A DNA stretch of 64,000 bases from a virus (taxonomy: Duplodnaviria; Caudoviricetes). Within the stretch, counting starts at the first letter, position 1. Each line of letters opens with the position of its first letter. The notes beneath the pieces were generated by a model that was given only the letters and a program-made list of their open reading frames with translations, was not told the origin of the DNA and searched no databases. The position numbers were made by a program, and so were the translations under genes. Positions 20,712 through 29,484 of this stretch are shown one piece after another. The stretch covers positions 5,325 to 69,324 of the IMG/VR virus record IMGVR_UViG_3300048898_000066; one strand, written 5' to 3'.

Positions 20712-21179
20712 ATGTACTACTCAAAAACAAATAACGGATTTTATGACGAGTCAATCGGTGCAGTTCCAGTTGATGCCGTTGAAATCTCTCCAAGGCTGCA
20801 TTCTGAACTTCTCGATGCCCAAAGCAAAGGGAAGGTAATCACTTCTGATGGAGAAGGATATCCAATCGCCGTTGATCGCGAACCAGAGCCTTTCCAGATT
20901 CTGGTAGAGCAGCAACTTTCCGTGTTCAGGGAGGCCCGCTCTGTGGCTCTGGATCGTCTTAGCGGTATTGCAGGTCGCGCCTACAGGGCGGGCAATACGG
21001 CGCTGGCCGACGCTGCGGATGGTGCTGCAGACTATCTGCTGGCGATCCCATCTTCGCCGTCCGTCGTGGCCGCTAAGGATGCGGAATCGCTCAAGGAAGC
21101 CATCAAACTCCACCGTGAAACTCTCGTCAATTCGTTGCCGGACGAGTTACTTGGAGTGTTTAAAGGAGTTGCCCTGTGA
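20712..21179 (+). CDS. Tail fibre assembly chaperone
   Basis: YYS...GFY...VP.DAVEI and G..I..D..GYP motifs; aagga SD before ATG 20712. Confidence 0.8.
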   Translation: MYYSKTNNGFYDESIGAVPVDAVEISPRLHSELLDAQSKGKVITSDGEGYPIAVDREPEPFQILVEQQLSVFREARSVALDRLSGIAGRAYRAGNTALADAADGAADYLLAIPSSPSVVAAKDAESLKEAIKLHRETLVNSLPDELLGVFKGVAL

Positions 21180-21625
21180 TGGACAAGCGATTGACAGAAC
21201 ACTTTACGCTGGGCGAGCTAGTCGCTTCCGACCTGGCCGCGCGCAACGGAATCGACAATTCTCCGTCGCCAGCGATTGAAGAGAATCTGAAGCGTGTGGC
21301 CAACACTCTGGAGGCTGTTAGAACCATTTACAACAAGCCTTTGACTATCTCCAGCGGGTATCGCTGCCCTGAAGTCAACAAGCTTGCAGGCGGCTCTGAC
21401 ACAAGCGCTCACATGGAAGGGCTGGCGGCGGATATCAACGTTCCAGGGGTGACGCCTTATGAGTTAGGCAAGGCAATTCTGGCGTCCGGAATTCCGTTTG
21501 ACCAGATGATCTTTGAATACGACTCGTGGGTTCACATTGCCATTCCTGCATACGGTAACAAGCCGCGAATGGACGTGAGAACGAAGCGAAAAGGAACGCC
21601 ATACTTAAGTGGATGGCTGAAGTAG
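21176..21625 (+). CDS. Endolysin, peptidase M15A (Zn D-Ala-D-Ala-type)
   Basis: LTEHFTL.E, ISSGYRC, S.H..G.AAD and WVHI motifs. Confidence 0.9.
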   Translation: MMDKRLTEHFTLGELVASDLAARNGIDNSPSPAIEENLKRVANTLEAVRTIYNKPLTISSGYRCPEVNKLAGGSDTSAHMEGLAADINVPGVTPYELGKAILASGIPFDQMIFEYDSWVHIAIPAYGNKPRMDVRTKRKGTPYLSGWLK

Positions 21626-21628
21626 AAG

Positions 21629-21648
21629 ACAGGCCCGATTGGGCCTGT
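21629..21648. terminator. Hairpin between convergent genes
   Basis: acaggccc-gatt-gggcctgt. Confidence 0.6.
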
Positions 21649-21650
21649 TG

Positions 21651-21875
21651 TCACTTAGACTGAGGAGATTGTACAGATACTGCCGGAGCACTTTGGATAG
21701 GGGCGTCTGGCGCATCCTTTGCGTACTGTGCCCCGGCAGTGATAGCGCCCATCAAGATGGCCCGCAGAGCGTGGCCTCTGACAGTTTCGCCGACCAGCTG
21801 CAGCATTAGATTGGCAACGATGTCAATGCGTTCTTTTGCTACTGGTTTGAAGACTTTGTTCAGGTAGTTTTTCAT
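21651..21875 (-). CDS. Hypothetical protein
   Basis: 74 aa; coupled to the upstream gene. Confidence 0.55.
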   Translation of the reverse strand: MKNYLNKVFKPVAKERIDIVANLMLQLVGETVRGHALRAILMGAITAGAQYAKDAPDAPIQSAPAVSVQSPQSK

Positions 21876-22390
21876 TTTATTGCCTTTGCATCTTTAAAGA
21901 AGTTTCCGCTGACAGAGTTGAACTTGAACACGGTCGAATCACCGTTGCACAGTCGGACACGAATTACGACTTTCTTTGATGATGAGAGCAAGCCAATCAA
22001 AGTTGCGGCGTCTGTATCGGTGATTATGCCTTTATCTGGATAGTTGGTGAAACGGGCCACCATCCTACCGACGAACACGCCGCCATCATTCAGTTCTGCA
22101 CGAACCTCGATGCTTTGAGCAGTCCCTAAGTAAGGGATAAACACCGTGCTTGCAGCATACGGAAGGGCAAGGCCAACATACCCCAAGGCACCTTCTTCTT
22201 GAACGACGCTGATTCCTTGGCCGTCAGACGACGTAAACATGTAGAGGCGATTGGCCTTCTTGCCGGTGATCTCGTCGGTAGTAGTGCGCTTGTAGTTTCC
22301 TGGGGCGATCTGCGCCTTTGCGTCGGCAAAGTTGGCCATAATCAGAATGGCGAGCAACGCCGATATCAACAATTTAATTGGATTGTTCAT
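21872..22390 (-). CDS. Putative periplasmic/exported protein
   Basis: Signal peptide NNPIKLLISALLAILIMANFADA; gagga SD. Confidence 0.7.
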   Translation of the reverse strand: MNNPIKLLISALLAILIMANFADAKAQIAPGNYKRTTTDEITGKKANRLYMFTSSDGQGISVVQEEGALGYVGLALPYAASTVFIPYLGTAQSIEVRAELNDGGVFVGRMVARFTNYPDKGIITDTDAATLIGLLSSSKKVVIRVRLCNGDSTVFKFNSVSGNFFKDAKAIK

Positions 22391-22742
22391 CTTCATACTC
22401 CTCGTCGTCGTTAGCGGCATCTGCTACGTTGCCGCGAAGTTCAATGCCCTTTTGCATCGGCTCCTTACTCCAGCCGTCCTTAACCATATCGCCGCGCAGT
22501 ACGTCATTTCGAATCATGGATATGGCCACCCGAAGTACAAGCCACACCCAAAGCCACCAATCCGGCCCTACCGTCGCCATAGAGATTAACAGAGCCATCA
22601 AGTCTGCTGCCATAACCTTCCACACGAAAGCCCAATGACTGCGAATCACTGATGGCACAGGACCGAAGAACAGTGTTGTCCAGCTGAACCCTGTCGGGAT
22701 CGTCCGGTTGGCCCCATTCCTGCTAAGCGTTATCGTTTTCAT
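22374..22742 (-). CDS. Inner-membrane protein (DUF2628-like)
   Basis: GFSWTTLFFG motif, two hydrophobic segments, acidic tail; TATAAT upstream (22749-22754). Confidence 0.65.
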   Translation of the reverse strand: MKTITLSRNGANRTIPTGFSWTTLFFGPVPSVIRSHWAFVWKVMAADLMALLISMATVGPDWWLWVWLVLRVAISMIRNDVLRGDMVKDGWSKEPMQKGIELRGNVADAANDDEEYEDEQSN

Positions 22743-22925
22743 GTACGAATTATACGGTCAAAATGAGTCAAATTTGTGTACGATTCTGATATAAATATTC
22801 TGAGAGAACAGGCCCAAATTAGCCTCCTTGCGTACACTTATAAGGAATTTCCTTGTGGGCCAGCGCCCGTGCAGAAAATCGAAAACGCCTTAAATTGTGT
22901 TCGAAAAGAGGCTAAATTTGGCCTA

Positions 22926-23846
22926 TTAGCTCATATCGCTCGGAGAGCGGATGCCCTTAAATACGCCTTGTCGCGGCGCTTCCAGAGAACCGTGACCGAA
23001 GTATTTGTATGCGCCAATCTTGCCTTTATAGTCGCTTTCGAAGTTTTCGAATGCAGCCTTCTTATCTTCGTGCGTCAATGAGCCGGCAGACACCTTGAAC
23101 TTTGTCGGCCACTTGTCAGATTGGATCCAGAACGCACCGACCATACCGGACGGAATAAGGTTTTCTTTCAATGACTGGCGCTTTGTTCGCCCCAGTTCAT
23201 CTTTGAATGCTTCGTTCTCGTTGATCATCTGCTCTTCAAAGCCGACGATAACACCCTCTTCATGAACGAGTCGCTTCACCTTCAAGAGAGTATTCTCCTT
23301 GTAGGTTGCTCGACCGTACTTGTACAGGCCGCAAGGATCGCGCAACATAATGCCTTCATATCCGTCCTCTATGGCGATGTCTTCGAACTCGTCCAGATCC
23401 TCCTTGTTCAGCCAGGAGTGCTTTACCAGCTGGATACGGTCTTGCAATTCTGGAAACGCAATCCAGAGTTGCTGGATACGGTTCGCGGCACGGTGTGTGC
23501 GGTCTTTGAACATGTCCTTTGGAAAGGTTCGGTCATCAAAGATATACCACACCGCCTTTGGATCTCCGTCTTTGCGCTTCAGCGGCCCCTGCGAATTGTT
23601 GAACACATTAGGGTCGTTTGGCTCGCCCACTACCAGTTCGCCATCCAGCCCGTCGAATTCCGGGCGAGAGAAAAATGCCTGGGTGGCTTCGTTTGCCATA
23701 GGTTTGCCGGAGCGAGTGTAGGCGCTGCCTTGCTGATTGAGCATTCTGAATCCGTCGATTTTTGCCGATCCCATTTTAGGGAACGAGCAGTTGTCGATAT
23801 CGAATTCGTCATTCGGCGCTAGCATAGGCTTGTCGATTGTTGTCAT
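22926..23846 (-). CDS. lig: ATP-dependent DNA ligase
   Basis: K-I-D-G-F-R (KxDGxR), LDGEL, EGIMLR and LLKVK motifs. Confidence 0.9.
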   Translation of the reverse strand: MTTIDKPMLAPNDEFDIDNCSFPKMGSAKIDGFRMLNQQGSAYTRSGKPMANEATQAFFSRPEFDGLDGELVVGEPNDPNVFNNSQGPLKRKDGDPKAVWYIFDDRTFPKDMFKDRTHRAANRIQQLWIAFPELQDRIQLVKHSWLNKEDLDEFEDIAIEDGYEGIMLRDPCGLYKYGRATYKENTLLKVKRLVHEEGVIVGFEEQMINENEAFKDELGRTKRQSLKENLIPSGMVGAFWIQSDKWPTKFKVSAGSLTHEDKKAAFENFESDYKGKIGAYKYFGHGSLEAPRQGVFKGIRSPSDMS

Positions 23847-23872
23847 ATTCTTTCCTTTCTGAGTGTAAAAAT

Positions 23873-23896
23873 AAACCCGCCACTAGGACGGGTTTA
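23873..23896 (-). terminator. Intrinsic terminator followed by TACACT -10 for the ligase gene
   Basis: aaacccg...cgggttt plus T-run on the - strand. Confidence 0.6.
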
Positions 23897-23912
23897 AGTT
23901 GGTGAATCTATT

Positions 23913-24155
23913 CTACCTGATGATGCGACCATTGTCTGTCGCAGCGCCCATCATTGCCGAACGGGTGGCTGCGGCTCGCTCTGCTGCCGCGACGGTGGCG
24001 AAAACGTCCATTGCGCGAACCGTGGTGTCGTTGAACGTCGGAGCGAACTTGACGATGCCGTCGCCGCCAAAGCCGATGTCAGTTACAGCGGTCGCGGCGA
24101 TGACCTTATGGTGCTGGTTGACATAAAAGCAATTTGCGCCTTTGCGGATTGCCAT
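23913..24155 (-). CDS. Hypothetical protein
   Basis: 80 aa; in the operon. Confidence 0.6.
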   Translation of the reverse strand: MAIRKGANCFYVNQHHKVIAATAVTDIGFGGDGIVKFAPTFNDTTVRAMDVFATVAAAERAAATRSAMMGAATDNGRIIR

Positions 24156-24158
24156 GGC

Positions 24159-24716
24159 TTAGCCCTCCAGACCGAGTGCAGCTACTGCACCGGCGTAAGC
24201 AGGATCGTCGGATTTGATGAATGCACCGTTGTACATTACGCCTAGTCGGTCTTTGATCTCGTCGTAAGCGTATTCAAGGCATGCTGCCATTTCCAGAGCA
24301 TACAGGTCGCAGATATTCTGGAGGAAGTGCAAAAACGCAGACAGATTCGTCTGGAAAGTGCCAACTTGGCCTTTCAGCACGTTGTCGGCCATGCAACCGA
24401 GAACTGATGCGCAGCACAGGGAGTTCTTTTGTGCCGAGCCGGATGGCGTTTCACCCATCATGTTTGCCACTTGCAGGCACAGGCCGAAGTCCACGCCCAG
24501 TTGCGCGGATACGATGATCTGTGTCACTAGCGTATCGCCAATGCCATCAACGATAAGGTCACGGTCTTCGTTGATGATGGCCTGCGCCAGTTCACCAAAT
24601 TCGGAGACGGTCTTCAGGGTTTGCGATTTCGGGTCGGAACCCTTGATCAGGTTGCGGGCTTCAGCCCACGCAACGACCATATTTGCCGTTCGCAGCAAGC
24701 GCTCTTTATCAATCAT
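24159..24716 (-). CDS. MazG-like nucleotide pyrophosphohydrolase
   Basis: K..SE.GEL, DGIGD and AY.EIKDR.G motifs. Confidence 0.8.
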   Translation of the reverse strand: MIDKERLLRTANMVVAWAEARNLIKGSDPKSQTLKTVSEFGELAQAIINEDRDLIVDGIGDTLVTQIIVSAQLGVDFGLCLQVANMMGETPSGSAQKNSLCCASVLGCMADNVLKGQVGTFQTNLSAFLHFLQNICDLYALEMAACLEYAYDEIKDRLGVMYNGAFIKSDDPAYAGAVAALGLEG

Positions 24717-25024
24717 TTAATTACTCCATTCACTCGTAGGGTTTTTAGGCAGTCAGAAGTGGCTTTTCGATTCCTCTTCTCCACCGACAGCGATGATACC
24801 GCGTCCATGGCCCACTCGTACTGCTGGGCGACGTACACTCTCAGAGACTCGGCATCCTGTTTTTCAGGTGCATCTGGATAGCGAGGCAGAGGTTTGCCTG
24901 GCGCATCCTCGTTACACGCCACCGTTGGTGCGGCTGATGGCGTCGTTGATCGCGTCGGAACCGTTGCGCAGGCCGATAGCAACAGCATCGCGCACATGAT
25001 CAACATCAGCTTTGTTTTGTTCAT
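24713..25024 (-). CDS. o-spanin (Rz1-like lipoprotein)
   Basis: Lipobox LLLSAC, Pro-rich linker, extra Cys; gaaagga SD; overlaps the i-spanin. Confidence 0.75.
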   Translation of the reverse strand: MNKTKLMLIMCAMLLLSACATVPTRSTTPSAAPTVACNEDAPGKPLPRYPDAPEKQDAESLRVYVAQQYEWAMDAVSSLSVEKRNRKATSDCLKTLRVNGVIK

Positions 25025-25253
25025 CACTTTCCTTTCTCGCGGCATTGGCTTGGTCCACCGCTTCGTTATGAGCCTTGGCCGATGCATCGGCGTCGTGTTC
25101 GGATCGCTCAACAACCTTCTCCAGTCCGTTGAGTGCATCGTCCATTGCATCGCTCTCTGCTTTGTCCTTACCACTACGGTATGCCCAGATGGCAATGATG
25201 GCCGTGCCGATTGCCGCGAGAACGGCCAGAATTTTATCTTTCAAACTTAACAT
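24912..25253 (-). CDS. i-spanin (Rz-like)
   Basis: N-terminal TM ILAVLAAIGTAIIAIW, then helical periplasmic region. Confidence 0.75.
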   Translation of the reverse strand: MLSLKDKILAVLAAIGTAIIAIWAYRSGKDKAESDAMDDALNGLEKVVERSEHDADASAKAHNEAVDQANAARKESDEQNKADVDHVRDAVAIGLRNGSDAINDAISRTNGGV

Positions 25254-25270
25254 CACACCCTCCTTAAGAG

Positions 25271-25296
25271 AAAGCCCGATCTTTCAACCGGGCTTT
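25271..25296. terminator. Bidirectional-type terminator hairpin
   Basis: aaagcccg...cgggcttt. Confidence 0.6.
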
Positions 25297-25303
25297 TGCC
25301 TAA

Positions 25304-26185
25304 TTAGAAGCCGTCAGCTTCTTTAGGTTTGTCGCTTGCACCAGGACCGTCCGAGGTCGGAGCCTTGGAGTAGTCGGCCTTGACCGCGCCGCTGGACACG
25401 CTGGTGTAGAATGCTTTGGCTTCTTCGAACAGGTCTTTTTCGGTGACCAGGCCGTTCAGAGTGAAGACGATGCCAGACCAGCTGCCGGAGTCGTTCTGCT
25501 GACCGATGGTGGTGACGCGCACCTTGTTCAGGAACATCGGCGGCGTGCGCTTGCCGTTTGGCGTGTCAATTTTCTTCTGTTGCAAGGCGGTCATCAGCAT
25601 CTTCGACGGCTTGATTTGGGACGATGCCAGGGACAGAATGGCGCTGCCGGTTTCGCCGGATGCCGGGTCGATGGTGATGACGTAGTGTGCGCGCGTATCG
25701 GCGAAGTAGTCGGTTTTCTTGTCATCAACTGCCGAGCCGTCTTCCGGGGTCTTGTAGTAGACGCCATCCTTGACGGTAATCTGGCCGTGTTCGATCATCT
25801 GTTCAACCACTTCCGGCGTGAACTCGCCCTTGAAGCCGCCGCCTGCATCGCGCTGGCCCCACAGAATGAAGGAGCGCTTGTAGTAGCACGGCACAATGTC
25901 AAAGCCTTCTTTGCCGTCGAACAGGCGATTGGTGACGGTATTCAGGATCATCCCGGCCTTTGCGCCCTTGATGTACTGCGCGTTGTCTTCGTCCACTTTC
26001 GGGGACATCTTCTGCAGGATTTGCAGGAATGGAATGGCGAAGGAGTCTTTGTCTGCGCCTTCGAAGCCTGCGCCGCCGAAGTCTTCTGCCGACAGGAACG
26101 ACAGCGCTTGATCATTGACTACAGCCACGGAGGAGGTTGCTGCAACTGCTACTTCGGTCGATGCTGCTTTTTCGGTTTTTGCCAT
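25304..26185 (-). CDS. Putative ssDNA-binding/annealing protein
   Basis: 293 aa; IPFL.ILQ..SP motif; acidic C-terminus ending F; replication module; highly expressed codon bias. Confidence 0.55.
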   Translation of the reverse strand: MAKTEKAASTEVAVAATSSVAVVNDQALSFLSAEDFGGAGFEGADKDSFAIPFLQILQKMSPKVDEDNAQYIKGAKAGMILNTVTNRLFDGKEGFDIVPCYYKRSFILWGQRDAGGGFKGEFTPEVVEQMIEHGQITVKDGVYYKTPEDGSAVDDKKTDYFADTRAHYVITIDPASGETGSAILSLASSQIKPSKMLMTALQQKKIDTPNGKRTPPMFLNKVRVTTIGQQNDSGSWSGIVFTLNGLVTEKDLFEEAKAFYTSVSSGAVKADYSKAPTSDGPGASDKPKEADGF

Positions 26186-26216
26186 GGTATGTTTCCTTTA
26201 TGGTTTGTGTTGCTGA

Positions 26217-26885
26217 TTAAAAGTTGTAGCTTACTTGCGGCTTGAACTGAATTGCTTCTGGTGCTGCCGACGAAGTGATTTTACTAGACTTCTTCGCAGC
26301 CCCTTTCGGAGCAGTGATCTTTGTTTTCTTGAACTCATACACGCCGAAGATGGACACAGGAATTGCATCGCCTGCTTCCATGCGCTCTTTCACGAACGAT
26401 TTCAGCGTTGCGGCATGCACGCCTTCGTCAATGGAGGCTTCAAAACCAGCCTCACGAAGTTTACTCAGAGCCTCTTCCGCCTTGGACAGTTCGCCGCGAC
26501 CGAATTCTGCCAGCACCTTGGTTTTGATGATGCCGTCAAAGTTGTGTTCACGGAGCCAGCGGTGCGCTGAAGGTTTGTTCTCTGCGGTGATGGAGGCCTT
26601 GAGGTCGTTCTTGACTTCCAATTTGTAGCCGTCTTCCATGGTGAACGATTCCATGGCAAGTTCAGCCATGATGTCTGGAATGGTGCGCATGGAGATTCGG
26701 TCAAACGCAGCTTGTACTTCGGCCAGTGCAACCGTCTTCTCGTTCACCTCTGCTTCCAACTCTTGCATTTTGCGCGCCTGATCGCGGAGACGTTCCAATG
26801 TGGCAACCGGCGCTACTTGCGGCGGAAGATCGTCAAAGGCGGTGAGCGGGTCAAATCCGCGCTCAGAATTGTCGTGCTCACTCAT
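26217..26885 (-). CDS. Conserved replication-module protein
   Basis: 222 aa coiled coil plus WLRE....IIK and VH..TLK.FVKE motifs. Confidence 0.65.
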   Translation of the reverse strand: MSEHDNSERGFDPLTAFDDLPPQVAPVATLERLRDQARKMQELEAEVNEKTVALAEVQAAFDRISMRTIPDIMAELAMESFTMEDGYKLEVKNDLKASITAENKPSAHRWLREHNFDGIIKTKVLAEFGRGELSKAEEALSKLREAGFEASIDEGVHAATLKSFVKERMEAGDAIPVSIFGVYEFKKTKITAPKGAAKKSSKITSSAAPEAIQFKPQVSYNF

Positions 26886-27214
26886 GGATTAACCTCGATG
26901 CTGTTGTACATTTTCAGAACCCGATCCCACTTCAGGAAGCTGACTTTTTGTTGACGGCGGAAGATGATGCCAGCGCACATGGCGATGACAGTAGGGTCAC
27001 CAACAGCCAGAAAATGATCGTCCGGACCAAAGTCGGACAGGGCCTTGCGAATCTTCGGTGCCAGGAACGCCAGGAACTGAACGTTATCGGACTTCTCCAG
27101 GATCGGTGTCAGTTGGCCGAAGTGTGCTGCCGCGCTGAAGTCAAAGACAGGAGTCATTCGACCTGTCGCTTGATCATAGCGCTCTACTAATTGAGGGATG
27201 AAAACTCTTCCCAT
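26882..27214 (-). CDS. Conserved hypothetical protein
   Basis: 110 aa; D..L..GDP and LKWDR....Y motifs; gaaaggag SD. Confidence 0.7.
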   Translation of the reverse strand: MGRVFIPQLVERYDQATGRMTPVFDFSAAAHFGQLTPILEKSDNVQFLAFLAPKIRKALSDFGPDDHFLAVGDPTVIAMCAGIIFRRQQKVSFLKWDRVLKMYNSIEVNP

Positions 27215-27242
27215 ATTCTCTCCTTTCTAAGGTTGATTCTAT

Positions 27243-27404
27243 GCCGGTTACTTATCCGGCGCTCCGTCAAGCAGCCCCTATTGGGTTTCATCCGATGTCC
27301 CGTAGCCGTCGCCCACGGTTAGATGCAGTTATTTGCGTCGTTCACCTGCACCAACTAAAGGCCATTTACTGATTAACGCTTCGGCCTTTGAGGAACCTCG
27401 ATTA
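27243..27404 (-). ncRNA. Candidate structured small RNA/leader
   Basis: ORF-free; TATAAT at the 5' side (27399-27404); about five consecutive hairpins. Confidence 0.35.
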
Positions 27405-27417
27405 TAACGCCTTTGCG

Positions 27418-28887
27418 TCACGTTGGCTTTACACCGTCGATCACATAATCTGCCAGCGCAGACTTAACAGACAGTGAACGTTGGATTTCTTCGTCCAGCG
27501 TATCTTCTGCAATCAAGTCTATGTACAGGACGTTGTTCTTGGTGCCGATGCGGTGGCAACGATCTTCCGACTGTTTGCGCAACTCGTTATCGTAACTGCA
27601 CGAATAGTATAGTGCCGTTTCCGCTGCGGTCAAAGTGATGCCAATACCGGCAGCTGCGGCATGACCGATGAAGACGTCCAATTTACCGGCCTGGAAGTCA
27701 TCAATTATTCGTTCGCGCTCTTCTGTCTTTGTCGCACCGTAGTAAAGTGCCGAACGAAAACCTGCCTCGTCAAGGGCAGTCTTGATCTGGAGCAGTTCTT
27801 GCTCAAACATGGCCCAAACGATGAATTGCCCATCAATATCCTGAATTGCCTCCTTGAAAGCATCCATGCGAGGATTCTCTTTCGGGTCAACCAGTCGCGG
27901 CTCGCCTTCGACATTGATGAACCCGGATGTTACCTGCTTCATCTTCGAACGAGCCGCGATGGCCTGCAGAGACAGTGATGTGGTATCGTCACGGTATTCA
28001 TAATCCTCTTTGAGCTTCTCGTACACACGACGTTGCTCTGGCGTCAATTCGAAATAGACCTGCTTGTATACCTTCTCAGGCAAGTCCAGGCAGTCTTTTT
28101 TCGTAACGCGGTACGAATGCGGAGCGAGCATAGCAGAAAGCTTGTCCATGTTCTTCCACATTGGAATTCCGTTCTCGTCCCTCTTGATCACCTGTGGCAC
28201 GCCGCGAACCTTACCGCCCAACTTTCGCATGATCGCCTGCATCTGTGGGTCGTCCGGCTTGAGCAACACAGCATACTCGGCCATGAATGCCCGATACGAT
28301 GTCGTGCCAAGCAACCCTTCCTTGAGGCAATCGAATTGGCTGTAGAGGTCGGTGGCACCTTTAGTCAAAGGTGTGCCGGACAAGATGCGACGAGCCAGCG
28401 CCTGTCTCGCGGCTTTGATTACGTGCTTGGTTCGTTTGGCATCTGGATTCTTGATTCGCGTTGATTCATCCACAACGAACATGACCTTGAATGTGTTGAT
28501 GAATCGGGCAACTTCTTCTCGCGTCGATTCATAGTTCATCGCCTCAATGTTAACACATAACACGCGCAAGACTGGCTTGCTGGAAGGCTTGTACAGCGCT
28601 TCCAGCCCGGCCAGCGCTTTCTTGGTCTTAGGAGTGCCGCGCCAAACGTAGCCGACAGAGTCTACTTCCAGGTGTGTCGGAATCTCGCGCAAAACCCAAT
28701 TAGAATGAACGCCGTTTGGTGCAATGACCAAGAGCGCGTCAATCTTCCCTCCAATGAAACACCGCTCAGCATCAGCCAGCGTCAGCCAAGTTTTCCCCGT
28801 TCCCTGTTCCATCAGGAACGCAAAATTGCGCTTTCCTTCGCTTCGTGCCAGGCCGATAATTTGGTGCTGCATAGGGGATGTCTTCAT
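27418..28887 (-). CDS. SNF2/SF2 family DNA helicase
   Basis: GTGKT, VDEST, LSGTP, LTAA and QSEDRCHRIG motifs. Confidence 0.9.
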   Translation of the reverse strand: MKTSPMQHQIIGLARSEGKRNFAFLMEQGTGKTWLTLADAERCFIGGKIDALLVIAPNGVHSNWVLREIPTHLEVDSVGYVWRGTPKTKKALAGLEALYKPSSKPVLRVLCVNIEAMNYESTREEVARFINTFKVMFVVDESTRIKNPDAKRTKHVIKAARQALARRILSGTPLTKGATDLYSQFDCLKEGLLGTTSYRAFMAEYAVLLKPDDPQMQAIMRKLGGKVRGVPQVIKRDENGIPMWKNMDKLSAMLAPHSYRVTKKDCLDLPEKVYKQVYFELTPEQRRVYEKLKEDYEYRDDTTSLSLQAIAARSKMKQVTSGFINVEGEPRLVDPKENPRMDAFKEAIQDIDGQFIVWAMFEQELLQIKTALDEAGFRSALYYGATKTEERERIIDDFQAGKLDVFIGHAAAAGIGITLTAAETALYYSCSYDNELRKQSEDRCHRIGTKNNVLYIDLIAEDTLDEEIQRSLSVKSALADYVIDGVKPT

Positions 28888-29293
28888 ATTTCAATTGCTC
28901 CAGGTAGTTGATGATGTCTTTTACTGTTCCGTGAACTATGCACTTCTCGTTGATGTATGCCTTGCGAATTTCTGCTACTTCTGTTGTCGGGTCAAACAAC
29001 CACCAGAATTCGCCACAACGCAGACCTACAAAGCCATGTCCACCCCAGCTGATTTTCTCGCGCAGGAACGGCAACTGGCCTTTCTCAAATGCTCCTTTCA
29101 ACACTTTCGTATCGCCGCGAACAGGCAGCGCATCCAACGCCTTCAGTTCAAGCCATATGTCTATTCCGTTGTGGCCTTGAACCACAAAATCAGACATGCC
29201 GCTGCCGTTCTGGTTTTCGATGCGCTTGCAATTCAAGGTGCCTTGAGACTTTTCCATCAGCACCTTGTAAGCGCGTTGCTCTTTTAGCGCCAT
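28772..29293 (-). CDS. VRR-NUC/PD-(D/E)xK nuclease
   Basis: RIEN..G.GMSD and WLELK motifs; 3' end overlaps the helicase by 116 nt. Confidence 0.7.
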   Translation of the reverse strand: MALKEQRAYKVLMEKSQGTLNCKRIENQNGSGMSDFVVQGHNGIDIWLELKALDALPVRGDTKVLKGAFEKGQLPFLREKISWGGHGFVGLRCGEFWWLFDPTTEVAEIRKAYINEKCIVHGTVKDIINYLEQLKYEDIPYAAPNYRPGTKRRKAQFCVPDGTGNGENLADAG

Positions 29294-29484
29294 GCAACCA
29301 CCACTTGTTTGCGGATATGGACGGCCTGAACGGCATATGCCACCGACACCGTAATCACGATGCACCCTACTGCCAATGCACAGATCCACAAAGGATGGCG
29401 ACTGCGACTAATCAGGATATTCCCGACTGTCAAAACGATGGCTACAATACAGACCATCAACAAGGCATAAATTGCGATTTGCAT
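29284..29484 (-). CDS. Small two-TM membrane protein (holin candidate)
   Basis: 66 aa; two hydrophobic helices and a basic C-terminus; coupled to the Pol stop. Confidence 0.5.
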   Translation of the reverse strand: MQIAIYALLMVCIVAIVLTVGNILISRSRHPLWICALAVGCIVITVSVAYAVQAVHIRKQVVVAWR

